From NCBI GenBank assembly GCA_951406725.2, contig OX597822.1, forward strand, positions 79,856,001 through 79,920,000: a DNA stretch of 64,000 bases, read 5' to 3'. The DNA comes from Octopus vulgaris. Its lineage: Eukaryota. Made by a program: the position numbers and the translations under genes. This document shows positions 1 through 13,339 of this stretch, piece by piece (position 1 is the stretch's first letter; each line of letters starts with the position of its first letter). The notes beneath the pieces were generated by a model, which had not been told where the DNA came from, ran no database searches, and saw nothing but the letters and a program-made list of their open reading frames with translations.

Positions 1-428
1 TATTTATATATATATATATACACGTCACTATTAGTGACGACTGAATTTTTCTTTTTTTGGTTTAGTATTACGTATAGCTGCCTACATTATTTTCTAATTT
101 TCACATTAGCATTTCGCTAAGTAACCCATGAACTTATATAATAAATATTTATACTGATAGTCTGGATTTAGCCAAACCATTCAGCGATGGAGTAGACACT
201 GCTAACGAGTCTTCAATTTTACAAATGAAACTAGTCTAGTCCAAAGATCTATCTTCGCTTATGGGGCGGTTATCTCCCCTCTCAGTGTATGAAAATGTGC
301 TTCTCTGTAGTTCTAAGAGTTTTAACTTTTATTTCTAGCAATATAGGCGCTACCCAGCACCCTCAGCTGCAATTAATGACGGTTGAATATTTCCTTTTTG
401 GTTTTATACAGATTATGGCTACCTACGT

Positions 429-526
<98 letters not shown>

Positions 527-2081
527 CGGGTTTCCACGAGTGTCTTCCAGCCAAGTTCACTCAGAAAGCTATTAACCGGTCCGGAGATGTTGATAGACAC
601 TTGCCCAAGCGCAATGGGATTGAAATCGAAACCATGTGATTGCAAGGCGAGCCACGCAGCTATCCTTGTTTTAAGTATGTATTGTATCACAATAGCTTGA
701 GTTATTGTAGCAGTGTATATAAGCGTATATATGTTGGTATTCATACACCTTCGTAGATATATGCTTCAGTGCGTTTGTGAGCGTTTAAGTATTTGTTTGT
801 GCTTAGGTATGCATCGTTGGGAAAAAACGCGTAGCGACATGTAGCTTTTGTAGAAATATATTGGTGCGTTTGTCTTTATGCAAAAGGTTATGTGTCTATA
901 GTTTGCGTATGGAGTTTTCTACCTGGTTGGTGCATGAGTTCCAGTACCTATTAATAAGTGACTTGAAATGCATTTTCGGTGACGTTTTTATCGGAGCATC
1001 GCCATTGCCACTACCACTGACCAACTAATATTAGTCAGACTCAAGAGAATGGCACACTGAATATTACATAATGTGACAATACAAACTGGTAGAGAGCCAT
1101 TTTGGCTCAGCCCTTTTGGCACCTCATCTTAGCCGTTAATGATTCAGCGTTGACTTATTTGACATCTAACAGTTTAATGCCTCTCTCCTTTTGTGAGCCT
1201 CTCATTAAGTTTACATGTATGTGTAATGTCTCTGTTACATAACCTCCCTCTCTCTTTTTCCCTCTCTTTCTGTATGTGAATATTTCTGCACGTGCATGAG
1301 TGCATAAGTCTGACTCCAGTAACGACAGTTTCTGTCACAAAAACAGGCTGATACTCCAGTCAGTCGTGGCAAATTGTCAGCGACAAACAACCGCGCCACT
1401 TGTCTCCTTTCGATTCAAAACAATGCATTTTGAGAATTGTTTTCTTTGGGCATCGAAGAATTGTGTTTCATAATTTCTAAGACTGTATAAATACAGCTGA
1501 TTGCTACCTTTACGCCTCTGATAATAAATATCTAGAGATGCAGATCAAACCACTGATAGATTCTATGTAGTCAAGCAACCTGCTAGAAATAGTAACCAAC
1601 ATCCCTACAGATTGCATCCTACCATTTTAAAAATGTAAGAAGGAAACGAAGGGAAAGTGTAAATGATGTTTATATTAAAGGACCCTTAACAGACTAAGAG
1701 GTCACGGCTGAAATACATTTGACTCTAGAACAGCTCATTTAAACCACGTAACACTTTGGGCAAGTATCTTCTACTTTTGTCCCAGACTGACCAATACCTT
1801 GTGAGTGAATTTGAAAGAAGGAAAATCATGAAACCTTGTTGTGTGTGTGTGTGTGTGTGTGTGTGTCCACCCCAACATCGGTAGACAACCGGTGTAGATT
1901 TGGTTACGTCCCTGTAGCTTAGTTGTGTGGCATAAGAGACGATAGTGTAAATGCTAACTTGTTCTGTTCGACAAAATCCTTCAAAAACGCCCCAGCATGG
2001 TCGTAGTCGAATGACTGAAACAAATAAAAGATAAAAAGAAAACAGGCTTTACTTTTTATTCATATATTCATTTATTTGCAG

Positions 2082-2166
2082 AACAAAGCCACCGTTCCGA
2101 ATCTGGTTTGTTTCCCCAAAATCCGTAAACGTCGAAAAAAGAAAAGGAAGAAAAAGAAAGATAAAA
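2082..2166 (+). CDS. Chitin synthase-like gene copy A, penultimate 85-nt exon (NKATVPNLVCFPKIRKRRKKKRKKKKDK)
   Basis: tttatttgcAG acceptor and GTAAGT donor. Phase 0 in, phase 1 out, matching the next exon. A paralogous exon of identical length lies at 58065-58149 (-). Upstream exons are not seen in 1-2081. Confidence 0.8.
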
Positions 2167-2506
2167 GTAAGTTAATCCATGTTTCATCCTCACGATGTTG
2201 CCACAAGGGAAACATTTCATCCTCACGATGTTGCCACAAGGGAAACAGAAACTATAAGAAACTCTCCCTTTGTGGCTTTGCTTCAATTCAGTGGCTACAG
2301 CTCACAATAGAAAAAAATAATTCATTTCTTCTAGTTGTTATATTTTTCTTTTTTACATTTCTTGTATCTTTTAGACTGCGGCCATGCTGAAGCACCACTT
2401 TGTAAGGCTTAGTCGAATAAATTGACACCAGGACTTTTTCTTTTAATGTCTCATTCTAGCTGCACAACCACAAAAAAATTAATTAATTAATTTTCTTTTA
2501 TTTCAG

Positions 2507-2958
2507 TTCCCGCAAGTTTGAATTCTCCCCCTCTTAATTGTGAAGATGAGTGTGAAGATGATGTCGAATACAAATTCTGGGAGTTTCTACTAGAATCCAC
2601 CATAGGTGCAAAGGCGAGGATGGGTACACCAAAGCCGGTAATAGAAAAAAAACTCCGGAGGTTTCGCCTCAAATGTATTATCGGATTTTTGGTGTGTAAT
2701 ACGATCTGGATGGCCATCCTTGGATACCTCTTCGCAAGCGCTCCAAGCGAAGTGTCTAGCTTTAATTTATTTGGCATAATCAATACGTCTCTATTCGGGA
2801 TTTCGCTCACCGTTCAACTAACTGGATTGACGGTTCATCGAACCCAAGACACTATCGAAAGTGTTATACGCAAATCGAATATACACTCAAACCGACCCGA
2901 ATGGATAATTACAAAAGACGAAAAACTTGATGATGCAAGAAAGGAAAGTGAAAAGTAA
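2507..2958 (+). CDS. Chitin synthase-like gene copy A, last coding exon (C-terminal TM region)
   Basis: ttttcttttatttcAG acceptor at 2505-2506 and phase-1 join into ORF 2518..2958. E..FW..L / LR..R...N.IW / LF...L.VQ..G...HR pattern of the metazoan chitin synthase C-terminus. Paralog at 57001-57458. Confidence 0.8.
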
Positions 2959-4189
2959 ATTAAAGAAAACAAAAAGTAGATAGAAAACAAATAAAAGAAA
3001 AAAAATCTTGGAAAAAATTGCATAAAGTTTTTAAATAAATAAAATAAGACTATTCTAAAACGAGGTAGCAGCGCCCTGGGCTGCGCCCATGTCGGAGCAC
3101 TGTCTCCAAAAGTTTCAGTCGATCACATCAACCTTATTACTCGTTCCAGTCAAGTATTTATTTCAGAGATCTTTATTGGTTGGAAGACTAAATAAGGTAT
3201 TTTAAAACGACACCTTTTAGTACACCGGGAGCTTATGACTGCGAATCCAAATTTGTAAGCACATTCTCACATGCTTCCCTCAATTTACATGCAAACACAT
3301 AAATTATACATATTATGCTATTCTTTTATACGTTTTAGCGATGCTGTTGCGATCATTCTAGAGCACCATCGTAAATTTGTACCCTTTCCACAGACCTCCT
3401 CTGTGGCTGGTTTCTACTGGGGTGGGTGGGATTTCATATTAACTTTTGTATGTGCTTTTTACCTGGTGATTAGAGCATTAGGTGTATAATGGAGTTTGAT
3501 ACCACTGCCCTCGTCTATACTTCCTGCCGGGACCGTCGACTCGTCTGGGAACGGGGATAGGAGAATGTCCAATTCCGTTTTCATCCACATCCACATTGTA
3601 TAGGTTTCTTGTATAGCCTGTCATGTTTAGAGAAAATGACAGTGTCACAAGCAGCCTTTGACTTTCTCTATTCAAGGGTTTTTAAACCAATATTTACAAG
3701 CTATTATTTATAGCTCAATCTACTTCGAGTTCCACCATGTTCCTGTTTATATTCTTTTGTGAAAAACAAGTTGACACACACAATTTCTAAGGGTTTATAT
3801 ACCGGAATTGTACCATTGTCAAAGCAGAAGTTACAAATCCAATAATAACAAATGTAGCAAAAAAACTGTCACACCTTGGGCCTACTTAACAAAAGAGAAA
3901 CACCTTCAACCTTGTTTACAAAGTTCTACATGCATTGATAAATTCTAAACAATAACACAACCCCAAATTTAATCAAAATTTCTCCAAAAGACCTCTCCTG
4001 AACAACGAGTCCTGAATTACCACTCCTCTCAAATGCACACAGATATGTGATTGCATGTATGTATTTATATGTGTGTATAAATATAAGTGTATATGAATAT
4101 TTATATACGTATGTATATACATATATGTATAGGAATGTAAGTATATATATGTATATTTGTGCATGGATGTGTGTATGTATAATAAAATA

Positions 4190-4660
4190 ATAAATAAAAC
4201 ATATGCATATATACATACATATATGTACGTACCTACATCTATATGTATATATACATGCATATAAGGGTACAGGACACCAAAAAAACGTCGAACACAATGA
4301 GAAACGAAAACATAAAAACAAAACCAAGGAAATGGACATTTTTCTTAAACAACGAAAAATAGAGTACAAGACATACAACACAAGGAAAATTCCCATTCTT
4401 CAGCTGCCTCTGTTTCATCTACTCCGCATTTCGAAGGTAATGGCGAGACACGACTTCATTGAAACAATCCTTCCCGCAAAGAAAATTAAATAAAATTTGA
4501 GATTTTTTGCGGAGGGGTAAAAATGGTAACACAAACAGAACAGTAAAAACAATATAAATAAAAACAGTAAAAGACAGGACAAGGAGAATAACAGTAACAC
4601 AAATATTAAGGGCTGTTAAGCCTTATCGATGAAAAAATATTTTGAACGCTTTGAGATAGG
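4190..4660 (-). mobile_element. Dispersed repeat family X (probable Penelope pseudo-LTR), copy 1
   Basis: Near-identical to 7900-8430, 8700-8882 and inverted 8895-9245. Carries a permuted hammerhead-like motif. Confidence 0.6.
4392..4454 (-). ncRNA. Non-circularly permuted (S-G-C) hammerhead-like motif, degenerate copy
   Basis: Minus strand: CGTGTC-tcgcc...cttc-GAAATGCG...ggcag-CTGAAGA. Stems I and II are partly decayed. Confidence 0.4.
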
Positions 4661-5482
4661 TGACGTCGCATATGCGGCCTTCTGAAACCACTTACAACAC
4701 AACAGTCTGTGTCCGGTATCCCAGAAGACCGCCTCGGCGAACCTCAGCAAACCAACCTGCTTAGAGCGGAAGAAACAGAAGTCGAAGAACTCAGAAGAGT
4801 TGAAACTAACAAACAGAACCGTTGAGTGTAACCAAAATGCAAGAACTTTAATTCAGAGTCCATAACAATTATGGAATAAATAAACAGTTCTTTAGAGAGT
4901 TCTTTCATTTACCTCTGAAATGTGTAGACTTCTTTTGGCGAGTTCTTTTATTCACCAATCTAATGATTTATTTTCTATCTTTTTTTTATCTCTTTTTTTT
5001 TCCCAACTGGACTCTATTGTTAGTTCCGAATTCACGGTACCAACTTCACTCTCTCTACCAAATACTGTGTCAACTGTTCCGTACGAATTTTGTTCGGCAC
5101 CAACGCTTACATCGAGTGTCTCACATCGACTGCATAACACCGACTACTACATAAAACCATTCACGACAACTTTCATCACGTAGTCCGTTGCACATCGTCT
5201 TCCAGCACGAACTTCGAACCACATGTTCACATTGGCTTCCAATGAGAACTGGCAACGTGGGCAAATATTCTTTATACTTCGTCCACACCTTAAAAGTGCA
5301 CCAAAATCATACCGCCTATGCTTTAAACTGTCACGTGACCACAAAGAATTTTTTTTCGTCTTCGCTTGCAAAACCAGAGTGCGGTGTTCTAATTAGCATA
5401 GTACGAATGAAAAATTATCTGGGTATAACTTTTTAAGTTTGTACCAATATATATATAAAGTAAATGTGTGTTTATATATGTG

Positions 5483-5516
<34 letters not shown>

Positions 5517-5629
5517 TGTATGTATGTATGTATGCATGTATGTATGTATGTATGTATGTATGTATGTATGTATGTATGTATGTATATGTGTGTGTATGAG
5601 TGTGTATCTGTGTATATGTCTGGCTTGGC

Positions 5630-5964
5630 TTCAAGCTCTTGATGAGGCTGAAGTCATTCCAAGTCAGTGGTCACAGAAGCATCATCGTGCGTAGAGCCGA
5701 CCAGGTCCACCAATCCTCTCCATCGCTGGCGGTCCCGTGCCAGACCCTTCGCACCTGCCAAGGTGGCGTCGAGCCTCCAGAAATCTTCCTGAACCACGTC
5801 CAGCCATCTTGTGTGGGGCCTGCCACGAGGCCCCTTCCAGCAATCAGCTGGTGCGTCAAATGAGAGTAAACCCTGGTAGGATGATCTAGCGGGAGACGGA
5901 GGATATGTCCGTAGCAGCGCATGCGAGAAATAGCCATGAGGTGTACGTGCATGTGTGTGTGTGT

Positions 5965-6005
<41 letters not shown>

Positions 6006-6740
6006 TGTGAGTGGTGGGGGTGCTGCGGGCTGATGAGTGCGCTCTTACAGTTCTTTGATGAAAACGTGATGGAACCTTCTGATGTTCTCAGTTATTCTCT
6101 GCTATTGGAAACATCAGTCGTTTTTGCCAGAACCTTCGAAAGGGGCGTCGTTTCTGCTCCACAGAAGAGAGTGAAGAGGACCGATGCGTTGTAGACGCGG
6201 AGCTTCGTTTGCGGGGGATAGAAACGTAATGCCAAAAGGGCTTCCATTGATAGTACATGACCCTAACGGTCTGATCACATCTGTGGTTGATTGCCAGGGT
6301 CAGGATTCCGTTGCTAGTGACTGTGGAGCCAAGCTAGATGAAGGAACTAACGATTTCCACGACGCCGAGAGAGGAGTGGGTCTGGGCCATCTCCGACATA
6401 CATCAGCTTGGTTTTTGCCCAATTCTCGTGAATGTCAAGGTTTGTTGATTCTTGTCTGTAAATGGTTGGTACTTCCCTTAGCTGGTCGACCGAGTTACTG
6501 AACAGTGTGGCATTATCTGCAATAACGTGACTAAGGGCAAAAATACGGTCGGTGGTAGATAAATTCGGCATGAATCCGGCTTGTTGTGGGCGGCGTCTGC
6601 TTCTAATGGCAGGAAAAGCACGTTTGACGAACTTGCTTGTGATGGAGAGGAGGATGACACCCTTGTGGTTGTGCATTCGAGTTTCTCGCCCTTCCGTTTC
6701 CAGAAGGGGATGATGATACCTCGGATCCTGTCATCTCTGT
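5630..6740 (-). mobile_element. Degraded RTE-like LINE remnant, interrupted by (GT)n
   Basis: RT fragments LLSITSK..., PQQAGFMPNLSTTDRIFAL and NWAKTKLM, plus C-terminal YGHILRLPLDHP...GRPHTRWLDVV with frameshifts. Confidence 0.75.
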
Positions 6741-6844
6741 ATATGTGTATATTACATATCTATGTATATCTATATCCACTATCTATGAATGTATATATAT
6801 ATATACATATATATATACACACACATATATATACACATATATAT

Positions 6845-7010
<166 letters not shown>

Positions 7011-7520
7011 GTATGTGTGTGTTTGTGTGCATGGATGTGTGTGTATATGTATGACTTTCTCTTTTCGCTTCTGTAATATTTTATTTGTTCTTCGTACCTC
7101 TACCTCAACTATCTATACTTCCCCTGATTATTAACTAAATGCAAACTCTCCATCCAGATGTAAAAATGGCATAATTTAATTTCTCTGTCTGAAGGAATTC
7201 TCATAGGAAATTCCTTACATGTCTACCTAACAATACAAAATTCTGTAATTCCTATTAGTAATGAAACACGTGTAACGGTGAATAAATGATACCAATAAAT
7301 TTTCCAACTTCCTGTTTTGTTATACAATAGCTCTGCAAATAATATTTCCTTATTTTTGAACTTTATGTAGTTTGCACATATACTGCAACAACAGAACCAA
7401 AATATTGAATTTTAGCAAAGGGAATAATAAGATGTGTTTAAAGAGGGAACGGCTGAGGTTTTACCCTACTACCTTAGCCAGCTAGCTACCTACCTACCTA
7501 CCTACCTACCTACCTACCTA

Positions 7521-7602
<82 letters not shown>

Positions 7603-7805
7603 AGATCTGGGTTTCAGTGAGAAAAAATCCACAACCTTCCGTCTCAATAACCCACAATTCTCCCTGAATGTTGTTTTTTTTATATATTTACTACGGAGTG
7701 CTTGAAGCTAACCTTCTTCCTACCCCTTGATCCTTGCACATTATACATACATACATACATATATATATATGTATGTATATATATATGTATATATATATAT
7801 GTATA

Positions 7806-7900
<95 letters not shown>

Positions 7901-8144
7901 CTTACTTGGAAGAGGACACGTGGCATTCAATCATATAATAACAATTTAATAAATAAAACATATGCATACATACATATATGTACATACCTACATCTATATG
8001 TATATATACATGCATATATGGATACAGGACACCACAAAAAAACGTAGAACACAACGAGAAACGAAAACATAAAAACAAAACATGGAAACGGACTTTGTTT
8101 AACAACGAAAAACAGAGTACAAAACATACAACACAAGGAACATT

Positions 8145-8208
8145 CTCCTTCTTCAGCTGCCCCTCTTTCGATTTATTCCGTATTTCGAAGGTAAGGGCAT
8201 GACACGAC
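8145..8208 (-). ncRNA. Non-circularly permuted (S-G-C) hammerhead-like motif
   Basis: Minus strand: CGTGTC-atgccc-ttac-cttc-GAAATACG...gggcag-CTGAAGA-a-ggag. Stem II GGAG/CUUC, stem III AUACG/CGUGU. Confidence 0.5.
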
Positions 8209-8971
8209 TTCATTTGAAACAGTTCTTCCCGCGAAGCAAATTAAATAAAATTTGGGATCTTTTGCGGAGGGGTAAAAAAGGTGACTAGAACATGACAGTA
8301 AAAGCAATACAAATAAAGCGAAAAACAGTAGAAATAAAGATAAAAGCAGTAAAAGACAGGACAAAGAGAAACAAACGTAAGGGCTTTTTAAGCCTAGACG
8401 GTGGAAAAATTAATTTGAATGCATTGAGAAAAACGGCTTACGAGGACAGGAGAAGCAGTTGTTGACTTGTTGAAGGCAGTAATCAGAAATAAAGTTAGTA
8501 GCCCCCTGGTCAGCGACGAGAGGGAGGAGGAGGAGCGAGAGAGAGAGAGAGAGAGGGGAACGGGGAAAGGGAGAGGAGAAGAAAACAGAAAGGATGAAAA
8601 ATAAGAGAGGGAGAGAGACAAGTAGAGAGGAAGACAGACAGGCAGGGAGGAAAGGTCAAGTAAAGAGTTAAGAGTGCGCGTCATAATTATTGAAATAAAA
8701 TTTACTTGGAAGAGGACGCGTGGCGTTCAATCATATAATAACAATGTAATAAGTAAAACATATGCATACATATATACATCTATGTACATACCTACATTTA
8801 TATGTGTATATACATGCATTTATGAGTACAGGACACCACAAAAAAAACGTAGAACACAACGAGAAACGAAAACATAAAAACAGTCCTGTTCTTGTCACCT
8901 TTTTTACCCCTCCGCAAAAAAATCCCAAATTTTATTTAATTTGCTTTGCGAGAAGGATTGTTTCAATGAAG

Positions 8972-9035
8972 TCGTGTCCTGCCCTTACCTTCGAAACACG
9001 CAATAAGTCGAAAGAAGGGCAGCTGAAGAAGGGGA
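8972..9035 (+). ncRNA. Non-circularly permuted (S-G-C) hammerhead-like motif
   Basis: CGTGT-C(8978)-CTGCCC...CTTC-GAAACACG...GGGCAG-CTGAAGA-A-GGGG. Stem III ACACG/CGTGT and stem I CTGCCC/GGGCAG are perfect; stem II is 4 bp with G-U pairs. Confidence 0.6.
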
Positions 9036-9257
9036 ATGTTCCTTGTGTTGTATGTGTTGTACACTGTTTGATCGTTGTTAAAAAAAGTCCGTTTCCATGT
9101 TTTGTTTTTATGTTTTCGTTTCTCATTGTGTTCTACGTTCTTTTGTGGTGTCCTGTACCCATATATGCATGTATATATACATATAGATGTAGGTATGTAC
9201 ATATATGTATGTATGCATATGTTTTATTTATTAAATTGTTATTATATATATATATAT

Positions 9258-9910
9258 AACTTATAAACAAGGGCTAAAGAAAATTATTTCTATGCCAATA
9301 TGCTGATAACAGACTTTTAAATCGTCAATTTCCACATATTATTTACTCGCTACAGAAAACACGTAGAGCTGAAATCGAGGAAAGCTGGCCAACAGAATTT
9401 TTTTTAATGTTCGTTATTTCTATATTGAATCAATTTCGGAAGTAATCTCATAATAGATTTTTTCCTCTTCAGTAGAAAATACGTAAAGGCATAAATGAAA
9501 TACTTACAAGCGCCCATAGAAAAAAGCCGAAGCAAACATCATGAGTACATATAAATACCCCAGATATATCTAAATATAAAATCCTTTGGTCAGCCTCATC
9601 ACACGTGTGAACTGTTCCCCACTACAGCTTATAGTGGTTACCAGTCCCTATAGCGAATGGTAATACGTTTACTACTAATATAGGATGAAGCTTTTTTACA
9701 GAAAAAATTTCATCAGAAAATGTGGCGGGCATATTAAAATACCTTTAAGGTTAAAATTATAAACAACTTATAAACAAGCGCTACAGAAAATTATTTCTAT
9801 GCCAATATGCTGATAACAGACTTTTAAATCGTCAATTTCCACATATTATTTACTCGCTACAGAAAACACGTAGAGCTGAAATCGAGGAAAGCTGGCCAAC
9901 AGAATTTTTT
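9258..9910. repeat. About 150-bp direct repeats (9258-9405 and 9765-9910) in a TA-flanked element
   Basis: aacttataaacaag...gaaaattatttctatgccaatatgctgataacagac...gctggccaacagaatttttt occurs twice. Confidence 0.8.
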
Positions 9911-9973
9911 GAAAAAGTTTTGGATCATAAAAGAAATTACTAAAATTTGGAAGTTAAGGCTCCCATTAGGGTG

Positions 9974-10048
<75 letters not shown>

Positions 10049-10398
10049 TAGATACATAGATAGATAGATGGATAGATACATTGATAGATACATAGATATA
10101 GATATATATACACACACACACACGCATACAAAGATAAATTGATAGATACAACTGAGTGGGCAAACAAAATATGAGACACAGCCTAGTGCTTTTTTTATGT
10201 TGATAAGCCTGGTATTTATTCTATTAGTTTGTTCTTGTGAAACCAGTAAGTTATGTGGATGTAAATAGATGAACAGCAGTTGTGAAGCAGGGATAAGGGC
10301 GAAACACAGAGACAAAGACACACAGATACACTTACATATATACATACATATATATACGATTGATTTCTTTAAGTTTCTGTCTACGAAATCCATATATA

Positions 10399-13090
10399 TT
10401 GTTGTTGGCATCCCTTTTGTCTCGGGATACAATGGAGTTGCACATAAAATAATCTAGTCCGGCTTTTACATTTCATGTTCTAATATATCTCTTGCTGTGG
10501 CTGTGTAGTCATATCCTGGACAAACACTCCCTCTGGCAGGTGCCACAAAAGTAGCGAAGACTTTACCTGCCTAGTTTTAATGTCATAGTTTTTTGTTGAC
10601 GTCTTTTCTTGTCTTTCCATTTCTCCTCTTTCTCTATGTCACTCCTTTGTGTTCCCTCTTTTACGGTACATCGCCAATCTCCACGGTTGCTGGCAACTGC
10701 TTCCCAGTTGGTAATATTGATGTTGCAGGCATTCATGTCCCTTTTGCAAACATCCTTGTATCGTAAGAACGGTCTTCCCACAGACCTAGTGCCATTAGCA
10801 AGCTCTCCGTAGAGTATGTCCTTGGGGATTCTGCCATCTTCCATACGGCTAACATGTCCAAGCCTTCTCATATGTCTTTGTGTGAGGAGTGCAAACATAC
10901 TTGGTATTCCTGCTTGCTTGAAGACATCTTTGTTGGGGATATGATTCTGCCATTTGATGCGAAGGATTTTCTGGAGGCAGCGCAGGTGAAAGATATTTAG
11001 GCGACGCTCTTGGCGTGTGTATGGCGTCCGAGTCTCACTTCCACACAGTAGCATGCTAAGTACACATGCCTGGTAAATCTTCATTTTTGTGGTCTTGGTC
11101 AGCTTATTTTTGTCCCATGCCCGTTTGGAGAGTTGGGCCATCACAGCAACTGCCTTGCCAATGCGTATATTGAGCTCAGCATCAAGGGATAGGTTGCAGG
11201 TGACGGTAGAGCCAAGATAGGTAAACTTCTCCACCTCCTGTAGTCTGTGGTCTCCAATATATATGTTTGGGATGTCCGATGTAGCCTGACCCATGATGTT
11301 GGTCTTCTTGAGGCTGATAACTAAGTCAAAGTCGCTACATGCTTGCTCAAAACAGTTGATGAACCTTTGTAGGGCTTCTTCTGTGTGTGATACCAGAGCG
11401 GTATCATCAGCAAATAGCATCTACTTGATCAGGACGCTTCTGATTTTGGTCTTGGCATGAATACGCGAGAGATTGAACAGTTTCCTGTCACTTCTACTGC
11501 GCAGAAACGCTCCATCATCTGATGTCTCAAAGGCATGTGACAGCAGCAGCGAGACGAAGATGCCAAATAATGTAGGATCAAGGACACAACCTTGCTTTAC
11601 CCCGTTTTTTATTTGGAAGGCGGCTGATGTTGAACCATTGTGCTGTATGGTGCCTTGCATATCATCATGGAAAGATTTGATGAACCTCAGCAGCTTTGGT
11701 GGATATCCGATTTTTTGGAGCAGGATGAAGAGGCCTTTTCTACTTACCAAGTCAAAGGCCTTTATCTGATCAATGAAGGCCATATATAATGGCATTTTCT
11801 GCTCTCTGGACTTCTGAAGTTGACGTATGGAGAATATCATGTCAATAGTTGATCTGCTTCTTCTAAAGCCACACTGCGATTCTGGATAATATTCGAGAAG
11901 CAAGCAGTTGTAACCTGGACAGGATAACGCGAGCAAAGGCCTTTCCAACAGTGCTTAGAAGAGATATTCCACGGTAATTGTTACAATCAACACGGTCACC
12001 TTTGTTTTTGTAAAGCGTAATGATGTTAGCATCCCGCATATCCTGAGGGACTGTACTCTCTTCCCAGCACTGACACAGAAGCTCATGAAGATACCGAAGC
12101 AGGATGGTGTTTTTGCCGGTTTTGATGATCTCTAAGGGGATGCCATCTTTTCCCGGAGCCTTGTTACTTGCTAGGGAGTCAATAGCCTTGGTGAGCTCTG
12201 CTACAGATGGCAGACTGTCAAGTTCACACATGACTGGCAAGATCTTGACACCCTCGATTGCAGCCTCAGCTACCGTGGTCTCCCGTGAGTAGAGATCCTG
12301 GTAGTACTCCAACCATCTATCCATTTGCTTGCTTTGGTCCTTGATGAGCTCTCCAGTAGTTGATTTCAAAGGGGCTGACTTGGTTGCGGATGGACCGAGG
12401 GCCTTCTTCAAACTGGCATACATCCCACGGGTGTCGCCACTGTTAGCAGCTGACTGGATACTCTGACAGATTTCCTGCCAATACCTATTTGCACAGCGTC
12501 TGGTAGTCAGTTGGGTTTTAATCCTTGCCTTTCTGAGTTCTTCAAGTGACTTTGTAAAAGAATCACTCTTGTATTGCATCAGAGCTACATGCTTTGCTTC
12601 GATAACTGTTTCCAGCTGTGAGAGACCAGCACTGAACCAATCTGGGTTTTGCCTTTCTCTCATGCCGAAAGTATCTGTTGATGTGGTATACAAAGCTTCC
12701 CTGATATAATTCCACCTACTTTCATGAGAGGAAGTTGGGCAGCTAATGAGGGCAACCTTGATAGAAACAGCAAAACATTTTCGCAGCGTAGGGTCCGAGG
12801 TTCAGGCAGTGTTAATGCGTGGTCGGCCCATTTTCTTGGAGTGATGGACTTTGTTAGGCAGAATCCTCACCCTGTTTCATATAGTGAATGATCTTATTAG
12901 TGAATTCAGAAAGGATCTTCGTGTAATGATGAGATCCAGCTGATGCCAGTGGCGAGATCTTGGGTGTCTCCAAAATGCCTTGTGGGATGTCTTGTTGGCA
13001 AAGACTTTGTTGGTGATGTGATGCATAGGTTACGGTATGTGCAAAATTCAAGTAGTCTCTGACCATTGTCATTCATGTTGCCAATACCAA
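10399..13090 (-). mobile_element. RTE-clade (BovB-like) LINE, 5'-truncated, inactivated
   Basis: APE C-terminus (GIGNMNDNGQRLLEFC, HWHQLD) and RT (YRGISLLS, PESQCGFR, AFDLVSR, GVKQGCVL, LFADD, KDVCKRDM). Frameshift near 11900, stop at 11421-11423, 3' tail gatgccaacaacaa. Confidence 0.95.
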
Positions 13091-13159
13091 AACACATACA
13101 CTTACATATATACATACATATATATACGATTGATTTGTTTCAGTTCCTGTCTACAAAAT

Positions 13160-13219
<60 letters not shown>

Positions 13220-13227
13220 GTATGTAT

Positions 13228-13292
<65 letters not shown>

Positions 13293-13339
13293 GATAAATT
13301 GATAGATACAACTGAGTGGGCAAACAAAAATATGAGACA

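Larger units (their letters stand above)
1955..3740. repeat. Left arm of inverted segmental paralogy (partner about 56235-58280)
   Basis: Intron, both exons and 3' flank align by eye to the reverse complement of 56235-58280, e.g. gctattatttatagctcaatcta vs tagattgagctataaataatagc. Confidence 0.9.
7900..9245. mobile_element. Family X cluster: tandem copies (7900-8430, 8700-8882) and an inverted copy (8895-9245)
   Basis: Direct and inverted copies of the ...ggacaccacaaaaaaacgtagaacacaacgagaaacg... block, bounded by (TA)n. The tandem-plus-inverted layout is typical of Penelope pseudo-LTRs. Confidence 0.65.

Noticed and set aside
2182-2247. 33-bp tandem duplication in the copy A intron, single in copy B
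   Set aside because: Real but probably neutral slippage; splice sites are unaffected.
4660-5420. Non-repetitive stretch with short ORFs
   Set aside because: No recognisable motif or consistent splice sites; left unannotated.
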